From an uncultured delta proteobacterium (GTDB lineage: Bacteria > Desulfobacterota > Binatia > Binatales > Binataceae), in the NCBI GenBank assembly GCA_963842085.1, contig CAWJET010000001.1, positions 768,001 to 832,000 of the forward strand: a stretch of DNA of 64,000 nucleotides, written 5' to 3'. The notes beneath the pieces are model-generated. The model was not told where the DNA came from. It saw only the letters and a list, made by a program, of their open reading frames with translations, and did no database searches. The position numbers and the translations under genes were made by a program. Below are positions 9,207 to 18,762 of this stretch, piece by piece. The first letter of the stretch is position 1. The number at the start of each line of letters is the position of its first letter.

Positions 9207-10674
9207 CGTGCTCCTCCTCGCCATAGGCGACGCACACGAGTTTCGGCTCGGTCCAGAACTCCATGCTGAAGCGGCCGCCCTGCCGACCGAGCCCGCTCAT
9301 CTTGGCGCCTCCAAACGGGACGCGCAGATCGCGCAGGAAAAAACTGTTGACCCATACCATCCCGGTCCTGATCTCTTCCGCGACCCGCAGCGCGCGATCT
9401 ACGTTCGACGTCCACACATAAGCGGCCAGGCCGAAGCGCGTCGCGTTCGCGCTCGCGATAGCCTGCGCCTCGTCGTCAAATCGTTCGACCGTCAGCACCG
9501 GCCCGAAAATTTCCTCGGACACGGCGCGCGACTGTGCATCGACGCCGTCGAGGATCGTGGGCAAATAGTAAAATCCGCGCGCGGGTTCGGCGGGAGTCTC
9601 ACCGCCAGCGAGCAGTTTCGCGCCGTTTGCGACCGCGTCGGCCACGAAGGAATGAACCCGCTCGCGATGCGCGCCGGAAATCAGCGGGCCGTAGTCGGTG
9701 GCGTAGTTCAACGGGTCGCCAATCTTGAGCCGCGGAATCTCCGCGGCCAGCAGTTCGAGAAAATCCGCGGCGACTCGCCGGTCAACCAGCAATCGCGAGC
9801 CCGCCACACACGATTGCCCCTGGCTGCGATAGATGGACCGCGCGACGCCCGCCGCGGTCCGCTTCAGATTCGCGTCGGCGAAGACCAGGTTTGGCGACTT
9901 GCCGCCAAGTTCGAGCGTGACGCGCTTGAGCGATTCCGCCGCGGCCGCCATCACGCGCCGCCCGGTCGCAACGCCGCCAGTGAACGCGATCGCGTCCACA
10001 CCCGGATGCGCGACGAGCGACGCGCCCGCGTCGCCGAGGCCCGGCACGATATTCAGCACGCCCGGAGGCAGGCCCGCCTCGTTCGCGATCTCGCCGAGCG
10101 CGATCGAAGTCAGCGGCGCGAGTTCCGACGGCTTGAGCACGCACGCATTTCCAGCCGCCAGGCACGGCCCCAGGTTCCACGTCGCGAGCATCAGCGGCGA
10201 GTTCCACGGAATGACGATCGCGCCGACGCCGACTGGTGGCCGCTGCGTGACGCTCAGCAGTTTCAGATCGCGGCCGAGAAATTTTGCGTCGCTGTCCGCA
10301 GCCTCATGGGTCCAGGTCTGCGCGGCGGCGGCAAAAAAACGGAGGTTGCGCGCCGCCCGCGCGACATCGTGATTGACGCACTCCGAGACCGGCTTGCCGA
10401 CGTCGCGCGCCTCGAGCATTCCCAGCTCGCGCGCTCGGCGTTCGAGCCCGCCCGCCAGCTTGCCCAGCACGGCCGCTCGCGCGTAGGCGCTCATCCGCGG
10501 CCACGGCCCGTGATCCGCGGCTTCACGCGCCGCATCGACTGCACGATTCACGTCGTCGGCGCCGGCGCTCGCCACGCTCGCCAGTTCGCGCTCGGTGGCC
10601 GGCTCGACGTCGGCAAAGCGCGCGGACCTGGCTGCATCGACGAAGCGTCCGGCGATGAACAATCTAGTTTCCAT
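9199..10674 (-). CDS. hpaE: Aldehyde dehydrogenase, 5-carboxymethyl-2-hydroxymuconate semialdehyde dehydrogenase-like
   Basis: PWNSP, LELGGKSP, catalytic C in GQSCVAGSR, EEIFGPV, LRDLRVPFGG; stop overlaps the hpaD start. Confidence 0.8.
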   Translation of the reverse strand: METRLFIAGRFVDAARSARFADVEPATERELASVASAGADDVNRAVDAAREAADHGPWPRMSAYARAAVLGKLAGGLERRARELGMLEARDVGKPVSECVNHDVARAARNLRFFAAAAQTWTHEAADSDAKFLGRDLKLLSVTQRPPVGVGAIVIPWNSPLMLATWNLGPCLAAGNACVLKPSELAPLTSIALGEIANEAGLPPGVLNIVPGLGDAGASLVAHPGVDAIAFTGGVATGRRVMAAAAESLKRVTLELGGKSPNLVFADANLKRTAAGVARSIYRSQGQSCVAGSRLLVDRRVAADFLELLAAEIPRLKIGDPLNYATDYGPLISGAHRERVHSFVADAVANGAKLLAGGETPAEPARGFYYLPTILDGVDAQSRAVSEEIFGPVLTVERFDDEAQAIASANATRFGLAAYVWTSNVDRALRVAEEIRTGMVWVNSFFLRDLRVPFGGAKMSGLGRQGGRFSMEFWTEPKLVCVAYGEEEHDG

Positions 10675-10823
10675 TTCGCTGTCAGATGAAGTTTCGCCGA
10701 TTCGCTGAAACATAGCAAAACCGCGCGCCTGTGGTATCTCCGCCGCAGCCACTCTCAGCGCGACACTCTTCCTTGACGCCTGATCGTAACGGCCCTAACC
10801 TGACACACAGGCCGACAGTAAAC

Positions 10824-11477
10824 GTGGCTGCATTACCCACCATCATTCCGATCTTCCCGCTGCCGAACCTCGTCTTGTTTCCGGGGTTGAGCGTGCCGCT
10901 GCATATTTTCGAGGCGCGCTATCGTGAGATGATCGCCGACATCGCCGACACGCATGGGATGATTGGGATGGCGCTGCTCAAAGGCGACTGGCAAGCCGAC
11001 TACCACGCGTTCCCCGATATTTTCGAGGTCGGATGCGCAGGGAAAATCGGCGGTCTGGTCCAACTTGCTGACGGGCGCTACAACCTGGTCCTCGAGGGCA
11101 TCGGCGAGTTTCGCATCGCGCGCGAAATTCGCGATCGTTCGTATCGGCAGGCGCAGGTGAATTGGTGTCCGGTTCCTCCCGACACGCTCGATTGCGACGC
11201 CGAAACGATGGACGCGTTGCGCGAGATGCTCTTCAGCTACCTGGGCGAGGGCGCGCACGAGGCGTGGCATACGATCGTCGAGCAGCCCGGCCTGCGCGGC
11301 GCCGCGCTGATAAATTTCCTGTGCTTTCATCTCGACGTCACGCCGCTCGAAAAGCAGACGCTGCTCGAGGCGCTCGGGGATCGCGTCGATTGCCTGCTCG
11401 ACGTGCTGACCTTCAAGCTCGAGGAGCGCAAGCACGGCCCCGCAGGCACCAGCGGCGGCCCCGACACCGTCCAGTAA
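10824..11477 (+). CDS. LON peptidase substrate-binding (LonN/PUA-like) domain protein
   Basis: IPIFPLPNLVLFPG...PLHIFE.RY..M, DGRYNLVL.G..F, EKQ.LLE; no ATPase or protease domain. Confidence 0.9.
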   Translation: MAALPTIIPIFPLPNLVLFPGLSVPLHIFEARYREMIADIADTHGMIGMALLKGDWQADYHAFPDIFEVGCAGKIGGLVQLADGRYNLVLEGIGEFRIAREIRDRSYRQAQVNWCPVPPDTLDCDAETMDALREMLFSYLGEGAHEAWHTIVEQPGLRGAALINFLCFHLDVTPLEKQTLLEALGDRVDCLLDVLTFKLEERKHGPAGTSGGPDTVQ

Positions 11478-11750
11478 CCGTATTCGCGCTTAGCGCCCTG
11501 ATATCTCGGCGGGATGCGCATCCCGCTTATGGCACCCACGCGACACATTGCGGACGGTTTGTGGCCGAATGGTAACGCATGTCGCAAATGAGTCAGCTTA
11601 TGCGCGAGCACGGCACAATTCGCATAATGCGGAACTATTTGCGAAAAGACGGCTGGCATCGGGAATTTCTCAGTAAATGACGACCCGACTTACGGTTCAT
11701 GATGCCTTAACATGCTAGCTAATTCATATTAGGGCAGTTGCCGACAAATT

Positions 11751-11766
11751 CGGCATGATCATTGCG
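11751..11766 (+). promoter_or_regulatory. Putative sigma54 (-24/-12) promoter
   Basis: CGGCATGATCATTGCG: GG-N10-GC spacing with GGCA and TTGC boxes, 82 nt upstream of the 11848 ATG, in an AT-richer intergenic region. Confidence 0.65.
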
Positions 11767-11847
11767 TACAATTAGGTCGAACGACGAAAAGTCCGATCAC
11801 CTGACCCGAAATTCGGCGCAGGTACGGTCGGCCGAGGACAAAGTACG

Positions 11848-12288
11848 ATGGAATGGGAAAATAGCGCTCTCGGAAATCTCTTCGTGCCAGACGTTCTGAC
11901 GCCCGAGCAGTTTTACGACAGCCGGCGCGACGACAGCACTATCCGACCCGTCAAGAAGCTGATGATGGCTATTCTGGAGGACGCCCTTCGATGCTTCCAG
12001 AATAACGCTGACGCCAAGGGCGGACCACGCAAGCGTCTGTTCAGCGAGGCCGAGCAGTGGCTAATCGGAGAAGGCGGAGAGGGTCCGTTCTCGTTCGCGA
12101 CGGTCTGCGAAACGCTCGGAATCGAACCGCAATTTCTGCGGAAGGGTCTGCGCGACTGGCGCAATCAGCAGCTTGCAGGCGTCTCGACGAGGCGCTTGGC
12201 GCGGCGATCGCCGGTGGTCCGCAGCGGCCGGATTAGTGCGCCTGCGCGGCGCGATGCAAAACGCACGGCTACGGCCCAAGCCCGCTAG
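11848..12288 (+). CDS. Conserved-looking hypothetical protein (PD.LTPEQF / LM.A.LEDA / PFSF..VCE.LG motifs)
   Basis: RBS GAGGA, helical core, basic C-terminal tail, bracketed by a promoter and a terminator. Confidence 0.8.
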   Translation: MEWENSALGNLFVPDVLTPEQFYDSRRDDSTIRPVKKLMMAILEDALRCFQNNADAKGGPRKRLFSEAEQWLIGEGGEGPFSFATVCETLGIEPQFLRKGLRDWRNQQLAGVSTRRLARRSPVVRSGRISAPARRDAKRTATAQAR

Positions 12289-12336
12289 CAGGCTTGCGCC
12301 GGCGCGATTGGCGTCGGCCTGAAATTCTGCACAACA

Positions 12337-12385
12337 GAAAGGCGGCGCGGCATCCGAAACCAGATGCCGCGCCGCCTGAATTTTT
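12337..12385. terminator. Bidirectional intrinsic terminator between convergent genes
   Basis: 15-bp stem AGGCGGCGCGGCATC / GATGCCGCGCCGCCT with an 8-nt loop and short T-rich tracts on both strands. Confidence 0.75.
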
Positions 12386-12445
12386 CACGCAGCGGACGCG
12401 ATCAACTCCGCGCCATGCGCGCGAGCGAGACCGCCGTCAGATGTA

Positions 12446-12823
12446 CTATTGCTTGGCTGGGGCCGGAGCACCGCCGGCAGGAGCAGCGGTTTTCGCCGCC
12501 ATGGTTCCCGGAGGCGGAGGAGGCACGTAGCCCTTGGGCTGCGCCTGAACCCATTGCTCGCAAGCGGGAATGTCCTCTTCCTGGACCGATTCCTGCTGCA
12601 TAATCTGGGCATCCGACCATCCGTGCGTCTTTTCCCAATGCACGCCGGGACACTTGACGGCCAGGTTAAAGTTTCTGGCAGTCGACGATACCGCTTCCGT
12701 GGGGGGCGCTGCCGCCGCCGCACCGCCTCCCGAAGTGGTGCCGCCGCTGCCACTTTGACTCGCGCAACCGGCGACCAACAACGCCAGCCCGGCAGCCAGC
12801 GCTAATCCGATCTTCCGTTTCAT
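12446..12823 (-). CDS. Small predicted lipoprotein
   Basis: RBS GAAGGAGG; MKRKIGLALAAGLALLVAGC lipobox; Gly/Ala/Pro linkers around a 2-Cys core. Confidence 0.8.
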   Translation of the reverse strand: MKRKIGLALAAGLALLVAGCASQSGSGGTTSGGGAAAAAPPTEAVSSTARNFNLAVKCPGVHWEKTHGWSDAQIMQQESVQEEDIPACEQWVQAQPKGYVPPPPPGTMAAKTAAPAGGAPAPAKQ

Positions 12824-12941
12824 GGCATCCTCCTTCAATCTAGGGACCCCTCCGCTAACTTGGCAACATGGTTAACCGCCGCTCGTTTGAGCAGGGCCAA
12901 AATACACCGTCTGGAAAAATTAGCAAACCCCCGTAATTCGC

Positions 12942-13937
12942 TCATAACGCCTGGAACACGGTCCGTTCACCGCGCTCCGACCGGCGCGCCCGGCCTTCAA
13001 AACAGGCAAATTCCAGGTGCGCGAGGGTTTCGAAGGTGGCTGCCATCACGTGGAATATCGGCCGCTCCTCACCGCCAAATACTTGCTGGGCGATTTCGAA
13101 CGCCGTCTGCGGCGCTTTGCGCGTCAGATCGAGCATTTCCGCCTCTCGATACCGGTGATGCTCTATCAATTGATTGGCGCGATGGCGATGGTCGTGATAA
13201 ACGCCGCCGTGTGCCGGCAAAACCAGCTCAACGTCGAACTTCTGGACCTTTAGCTGCGAATTGAGAAAGTCGCCGAGCGGGTTGGTTCCGTCCGCGTCCG
13301 GATAAATCCCCACGTGTGGCGTAATCTTGGGCAGCAGGTGATCGCCGACGATCATCACCTTCTCTTTGCGCAGGTAAATTACGTTGTGCCCCGGTGAATG
13401 GCCCGGCGTCCAGATCACTTCGAGCTCGCGGTCGCCGATTTTGATTACGTCGTGATCATCGATGTACCTGTCGGGTTTCGTCACCGGGCCGTACATCGAC
13501 GTGCCCATCCACGCCGGGCGCATCCCGGTCGGCGAAAATTGTTCGATCGGAAATCCGTGCCGCGCGAAAAACGCACGCGACTCGGGCCGGTCGTTAGGAG
13601 CCATCTTTCCAAACTCGATCATCCTGCCCGCGCGCTCGGCTTCCAGGCGATGAATGTGCGTCGTGGCATGACTGCGGCGGCGAATCTCGCCCGACGCGCC
13701 GAAGTGATCGATATGGTGATGCGTGGCGACGAGTGCATCGAGAGCTTCTATCTCGATGCCCACTTCCTTGAACGCTTCCTCGAGTGCCGCGATGCTTTCC
13801 GGCGAGTTCATCCCCGTGTCCACCAGCGCCCACGCACCGTGACAGTCGAGCAAATAAACGTTGATGATTGTCGGCCGCATCGGCAGCGGCAGAAAGATCT
13901 CGTAGATACCCGGATGAACCTCAACTATTTTCGCCAT
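12942..13937 (-). CDS. MBL-fold metallo-hydrolase with C-terminal winged-helix-like tail
   Basis: LVDTG, THHHIDH, TPGHSPGH, GDH, PAHG motifs. Confidence 0.9.
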   Translation of the reverse strand: MAKIVEVHPGIYEIFLPLPMRPTIINVYLLDCHGAWALVDTGMNSPESIAALEEAFKEVGIEIEALDALVATHHHIDHFGASGEIRRRSHATTHIHRLEAERAGRMIEFGKMAPNDRPESRAFFARHGFPIEQFSPTGMRPAWMGTSMYGPVTKPDRYIDDHDVIKIGDRELEVIWTPGHSPGHNVIYLRKEKVMIVGDHLLPKITPHVGIYPDADGTNPLGDFLNSQLKVQKFDVELVLPAHGGVYHDHRHRANQLIEHHRYREAEMLDLTRKAPQTAFEIAQQVFGGEERPIFHVMAATFETLAHLEFACFEGRARRSERGERTVFQAL

Positions 13938-14015
13938 CGACTACTCTCAGTGGCAGGTTTCGCATGACCGGTAAGTCCTTGCGCTCCGCCGCCCTCCACA
14001 TCCACGCGCATTTAC

Positions 14016-14228
14016 TCACTCGTGCAGCTCGTCCTTCACCTGGAAGGTCACTTTCACTCTAACCCTCCATCGCACGACCTTATTGGCTTCGACGAGTGCG
14101 GCGATATCCTCGACGTGAGCCGTGTGGATGCCGTCGATCGTGACGCCTGCGCGCGAAATTGCCAATTGCACGGCTTCTTCAACCGAGTTGGCCGAGATGC
14201 CCGTGAGCTCGATCGTTTTTTCAACCAT
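14016..14228 (-). CDS. Dodecin family protein
   Basis: KTIELTG.S..SVEEAV..AI.RA..T and WRVRVKVTF; 70 aa. Confidence 0.85.
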   Translation of the reverse strand: MVEKTIELTGISANSVEEAVQLAISRAGVTIDGIHTAHVEDIAALVEANKVVRWRVRVKVTFQVKDELHE

Positions 14229-14418
14229 GGCGCTTAGCCGCTCCTGCGGGGTTTTCGCGCGCGATTGTTTGACGCTTCCACTCGCTCGGCGCTACGCTCG
14301 CCCCTGCGTAGTGGTTACAGCACCGCGAGATTGGAAACAAGCCGACATCGCGCGAGCCGGCTGTCCGGCAATCTTAACGGAAGCGCGTGATTGGTCAGCC
14401 CGTCGGGAGAGTCTGTAG

Positions 14419-15489
14419 TTGTCAGTCAAAATCGAGTCGCCCGCGGGCGAAGAAGCGCTCGCTGAGTTCGTTCTGTTTCAACACCGGGTTTACGAATACC
14501 GCAGTGCGCGATGGGCCGCGATGGTCGCGGTGCAACTGCCAATCCTGATGGGTGAGGGACCGTTCGCCGCCGGCCGCAACATCCGGCCGTTCGCGGCCCG
14601 CGTCGACGGCAACATCGTTGCGCGCGCCGTCGCGATTATCGACGGCCATTATCAACGCCATTGGAACGAACCGCTCGCGCATATCGTGATGTTCGAGGCG
14701 ATGCCCGGTACGCGCGACGCCGTCAATCAGATGATGGACGCGGCGTCGGCGTGGATGAAGGCCAACGGTGCGACGGCGGCGCGAGCCGGCTACGGCTTGC
14801 TCGAGTTTCCGTTCGTGATCGACGACTACGAAACCCTGCCGCCCGACATCGCGCGCCAGAATCCCGCCTACTATCACGCCTTGCTCAAGGACGCGGGCTT
14901 CGAAACCGAGCGCGGATGGGTCGACTACAAGATTGAGGTGACACCGGAGCTGGTCGCGCGCTACGAAAGTGCGCTCGAAGCAAGCCGCCGCGCCGGTTTT
15001 CAAGTCGTCGCGTTGAAGGACTTGCCCGCCCCGCGCCGCATCCGCGATTTCGAATACACCTGGAATACCGCCTTCGCGCGTCATTGGGGTGCGACTCCCT
15101 TCACCACCGACGAGCTCACATTCCTGTTCGACTTCTTCGCGATGTCCGGCGCGCTCGACACCTCGGTGCTCGCGTATCGCGACGGACAGCCGGTCGGCGC
15201 GCTGATGGCTACGCCGCCGAATCCCGACGGGGCAATCCTCAAACCCGGTCGCAAGCTCGCCGATAACGAGAAACTGAACTTTCTCGGCATCGGCGTGCTC
15301 GAAGCGGCGCGCGGCCGCGGCGTGAACCTCGCGATGGCCGCGTATTCCTACCTGCACCTGATCCGCCAAGGCTCGAAGTATCTGAGTTATACGCTCGTGC
15401 TCGACGACAACTGGCCGTCGCGCCGCACCGCAGAAAAACTCGGCGCCAAAGTCTGCGCAAATTACGTAACTTACCGCCGCGCCTGGTAA
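14419..15489 (+). CDS. Tandem GNAT-fold N-acetyltransferase-like protein (YghO-like)
   Basis: NPAYY..LL..AGF, F..HWG.TP, IGVL..ARGRG acetyl-CoA motif, DDN..SRR.AEKLG. Confidence 0.75.
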   Translation: MSVKIESPAGEEALAEFVLFQHRVYEYRSARWAAMVAVQLPILMGEGPFAAGRNIRPFAARVDGNIVARAVAIIDGHYQRHWNEPLAHIVMFEAMPGTRDAVNQMMDAASAWMKANGATAARAGYGLLEFPFVIDDYETLPPDIARQNPAYYHALLKDAGFETERGWVDYKIEVTPELVARYESALEASRRAGFQVVALKDLPAPRRIRDFEYTWNTAFARHWGATPFTTDELTFLFDFFAMSGALDTSVLAYRDGQPVGALMATPPNPDGAILKPGRKLADNEKLNFLGIGVLEAARGRGVNLAMAAYSYLHLIRQGSKYLSYTLVLDDNWPSRRTAEKLGAKVCANYVTYRRAW

Positions 15490-15495
15490 GCGATC

Positions 15496-16110
15496 TTACA
15501 GTCCCGGCAGCTTCGGGGTTTCCTTCCATGCGCGGCGTGCTCGAATAGCCTCGAGATAAGAGCGCACATTTGGAAAATCTCCGAAGTCGAAGCCGGCTCG
15601 ATCCAGAACGTTGAGGACTGGACCGTAGTCGCAATCGACCAGCGAGAAATCCGCGCCGAGCATCCACTTGCGATCGGCGAGGTGTCGATCGAGTATTCCA
15701 ATCGGATCGGGCAGCGCCTTCTCGCCGCGCGTGATTGCAGCTTCGTCAGGAGTGCCGCCAGTCAATTTGACGGCGATTCGATTGAATACCAGGTCGGTCG
15801 CGGGTGGCGAAACAGCGCTCGTAAGAAAGAAGAGCCACCGGAGTGCGTCCGCGCGACCTGCTGGAGAGGTCGGCCAAAGCTTGCCGGTTTTCTCGCCGAG
15901 ATATGCGAGGATCGCGTGAGACTCCCAAAGCTTAAGGTCCCCGTCGACCAGCACAGGAACCCGACCGCATGGATTCAACGCCAGGAATTCGGGCGAGCGT
16001 TGTTCGCGTTTGGTGAGATCAACCGCGACGGTCTCGCAGTCGAGACCAAGCTCATTGAGCGCGAAGCGAATCTTCTGCGGATTGGGTGAAGGAAAATAGT
16101 AGAGCTTCAT
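15496..16110 (-). CDS. Glutathione S-transferase family protein
   Basis: SPNPQK, LNP.GRVPVL.D, WESHAIL.YL, FSLVD. Start MKLYY after AGGAGG. Confidence 0.93.
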   Translation of the reverse strand: MKLYYFPSPNPQKIRFALNELGLDCETVAVDLTKREQRSPEFLALNPCGRVPVLVDGDLKLWESHAILAYLGEKTGKLWPTSPAGRADALRWLFFLTSAVSPPATDLVFNRIAVKLTGGTPDEAAITRGEKALPDPIGILDRHLADRKWMLGADFSLVDCDYGPVLNVLDRAGFDFGDFPNVRSYLEAIRARRAWKETPKLPGL

Positions 16111-16127
16111 AACGTTCCTCCTTGCAG

Positions 16128-16550
16128 TCAGGCAGTCGGCACGAATGCCCGTTTGTAATGGCCGAGTACCGTGTCCCATCCGGAGTCGTAATTCTTGCGC
16201 GCGTCGCTGGTCTGCGCGCTCTGCTCCCATCCGCTATGCTCGAGCTCAATGCGCGTTCCGCCGGCCTCGGCGACGAACCTGATTTCTACTTGGGTGACGA
16301 TCTCCCAGCTCGGCGCGCGCCAGGTGAAAGCCACCCGCGATGCGGGCTGATAGGCGGTCACGCGTCCGATCTCATACTCAGTGCCGTCGGCGCGCCTTTC
16401 GAAGAAGCGCCCCCCGACCTGCCGTTCGAGAAACAGCTTGCTGTCCTTGCCGCCGAAGCCTCCCGGCCACCATTCGCTCATTTCCTCGCAGAACACCTTG
16501 AATGAAGTCTCCGGCAGCTGTCCGACCCAAATGACCTTGCGAATGGTCAT
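16128..16550 (-). CDS. SRPBCC (START/AHA1) domain protein
   Basis: WWP, GGRFFER, G.V.AYQP.SRV.FTW, GTR.ELEHSGWE, Y..GW..VL..Y. Confidence 0.9.
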   Translation of the reverse strand: MTIRKVIWVGQLPETSFKVFCEEMSEWWPGGFGGKDSKLFLERQVGGRFFERRADGTEYEIGRVTAYQPASRVAFTWRAPSWEIVTQVEIRFVAEAGGTRIELEHSGWEQSAQTSDARKNYDSGWDTVLGHYKRAFVPTA

Positions 16551-16867
16551 CGCTTTCCCTCCGCATAACGTTTGAAGGCATCGAGCGTGACGTCCCAGAA
16601 TCCAGCCACCGCCTCGAGCTGATCGAGCATCTCTTGCATCGCTCTGCCTCCTGAGGGTGCCAGCTCGTAGATTCGTTTGCGCCCGTTTCTTCTCGCCTTT
16701 ATCAGACCAGCTTTGGTGAGCAGCCGAGTGTGTTTGCAGATCGCGGGGCGGCTCATCGCAAATCCGCCGGCCAGTTCACCGGCACGACGCGGCGCGTCCG
16801 CCAGCCGACGCAGGATCTCTCTGCGCGTCGGATCCCCCAGCGCAGCGATGGTTTTGTCCAAAGCCAT
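16547..16867 (-). CDS. ArsR/SmtB family transcriptional regulator
   Basis: ALGDPTRREIL..L, SRPAI.KH.RLL..AGL, GR.RIY.L; ATGA overlap with the SRPBCC gene. Confidence 0.92.
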   Translation of the reverse strand: MALDKTIAALGDPTRREILRRLADAPRRAGELAGGFAMSRPAICKHTRLLTKAGLIKARRNGRKRIYELAPSGGRAMQEMLDQLEAVAGFWDVTLDAFKRYAEGKR

Positions 16868-16878
16868 TGGGATTATCT

Positions 16879-16904
16879 GTAACCTAATGGTTACGTATTG
16901 TCAA
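16879..16904 (-). promoter_or_regulatory. ArsR operator palindrome overlapping the promoter
   Basis: GTAACC-N4-GGTTAC at 16879-16894, between a perfect TTGACA (16904-16899, minus strand) and the ArsR start. Confidence 0.7.
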
Positions 16905-17017
16905 CGGCCGATCAGGGCCGTTGAATCTCGGTTGCCCAGACGACCCGCGATGCTGTAAGAACGAAAACAGTAGCGCAACAGTTGGCCAACCTTGTCCTCG
17001 TAGGAGGGATCTTTTCG

Positions 17018-18751
17018 ATGGCCGATTTCGATCTTCACATCAAAGGTGGAACCGTCGTTGACGGATCCCGCGTGCCGCGATACCGCGCCGACATCTGGAT
17101 CAAGGACGGCAAGATCGCACAGATCGGCGGTCGCGCCCCCGGCTTCGCGAAAAAAACCATCGACGCAGGCGGCCTGATCGTCGCTCCGGGCTTCGTCGAT
17201 TTGCATACTCACTACGACGCGCAGATTCGATGGGATCCTTACTGCACCATCTCGGGATGGCATGGCGTCACCTCGTTGGTGCTCGGCAACTGCGGTTTCG
17301 GCTTCGTGCCGGTCAAGCCGGAATTTCGCGAGCGCTCGATGCTCACGATGACGCGCACCGAGGCGATTCCCTACGAGTCTATGAAGGCGGGGATGAAGTG
17401 GGATTGGGAAACGATCCCGCAGTACCTCGACTCGCTTGATCGCACCGCCAAGGGCGTCAATGTCATCCAGTACTTGCCGACCTCGTCGATAATGACCTAC
17501 GTGATGGGGCTCGAGGCGGCCAAGACGCGGCCCGCGACGGAAGACGAACGCGCAGAGATGCGCCGCATCTTCGCCGAAGGAATGGACGCCGGCCTGGGCG
17601 GCTTCTCGGTGCAACGGCTGGGACCCGATTCAACGCAGGCCGACTTCGATGGCTCGCCGATGGTTACCGACACGATGTGCGACGAGGATATCCTGAACCT
17701 CGCGCGGGTTCTGCGCGAGCGCGACGAGGGCTTCATCGAGATCACGCAGGCGACCGGGAACATCAAGGACGACCTCGCGTTCCTCGAACGGCTCGCCGCC
17801 GAGGCCAATCGTCCAATCCTGCACAACGTGATCGCGCCTGCCCGCCGCGATCCCAAGGTTCATCAGCGCAGCATGGCGTGGCTCAGGCGATGCCGCGACA
17901 AGGGTCTGCCGATCTTCGGTCAGGCGTTCACGCTCCGCACCGGCTTCGCGTTCACGCTCGAGCATTGGAACCTCTACGACGCGAGCCCCGCGTGGCGCTC
18001 CGTCACCACCGGCACCAACGCCGAAAAAATCTCCAAGATGAAGGATCCGGCGCTGCGCGAGGCGATCAAGCGCGAGCACGACGAGGCCAATCGCAAGCTC
18101 GAAGCCATCCAGGCCGGTGTCGGTGGTCCGATTCGTCATCTGATCGTGACTTGGGGCGGCGACAATCCCGCGCTCGAGAAGTACGTCGGCAAATCGCTCG
18201 GCCAAATCTCGACCGAAGAAAACAAGCACGAGATCGACGTGATGCTCGATCTGTCGATCGCCGGCGACCTCAAGGTCGAATTCCTCGGTCCTAACCGCGG
18301 TTTCAACCCGGAATACTACGCCGAGATGATCAACGACTCGCCCTACACGATTCCCGGCGTGTCGGACGGCGGCGCGCACACCAAGTTCTTCACCGGCGGC
18401 GCCTACACGACCGACTTCCTCGGCTGGCTGGTGCGCGACGAACAACGCATCACGCTCGAGGAAGCGCACTACCGGCTCTCGGCCCTGCCCGCGCATGCAG
18501 CCGGCTTCCGCGACCGCGGCGTCCTGCGCGAGGGGCTGGCGGCCGACGTCGTCGTTTACGATCTCAATCGGCTCGGCGTCGAGCCCGATTGGGTCGGCGA
18601 TATTGCGCACGACTTTCCCGGCGGCGAATGGCGTCGCGTGCAGCACGCGCGCGGCTACCGCGCGATCATCGTCAACGGCGAGATGACCTGGGACGACGGG
18701 CAATGCACCGGCGCGACACCCGGCAGGCTGCTGCGCGGCGGGCGCGGCTAA
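17018..18751 (+). CDS. N-acyl-D-amino-acid deacylase-like amidohydrolase
   Basis: APGFVDLHTHYD, HGVTS.VLGNCG, SDGGAH, DRG.L.EG.AADVVV; RBS AGGAGG. Confidence 0.9.
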   Translation: MADFDLHIKGGTVVDGSRVPRYRADIWIKDGKIAQIGGRAPGFAKKTIDAGGLIVAPGFVDLHTHYDAQIRWDPYCTISGWHGVTSLVLGNCGFGFVPVKPEFRERSMLTMTRTEAIPYESMKAGMKWDWETIPQYLDSLDRTAKGVNVIQYLPTSSIMTYVMGLEAAKTRPATEDERAEMRRIFAEGMDAGLGGFSVQRLGPDSTQADFDGSPMVTDTMCDEDILNLARVLRERDEGFIEITQATGNIKDDLAFLERLAAEANRPILHNVIAPARRDPKVHQRSMAWLRRCRDKGLPIFGQAFTLRTGFAFTLEHWNLYDASPAWRSVTTGTNAEKISKMKDPALREAIKREHDEANRKLEAIQAGVGGPIRHLIVTWGGDNPALEKYVGKSLGQISTEENKHEIDVMLDLSIAGDLKVEFLGPNRGFNPEYYAEMINDSPYTIPGVSDGGAHTKFFTGGAYTTDFLGWLVRDEQRITLEEAHYRLSALPAHAAGFRDRGVLREGLAADVVVYDLNRLGVEPDWVGDIAHDFPGGEWRRVQHARGYRAIIVNGEMTWDDGQCTGATPGRLLRGGRG

Positions 18752-18762
18752 CGGCACCGCCG

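Noticed and set aside
9109-10689. Long antisense or alternate-frame ORFs (e.g. 526 aa opposite hpaE, 558 aa over the esterase, 404 aa opposite prkA, 470 aa opposite spoVR)
   Set aside because: Typical high-GC shadow ORFs: Arg/Ala-rich, no motifs, fully overlapping well-supported genes.
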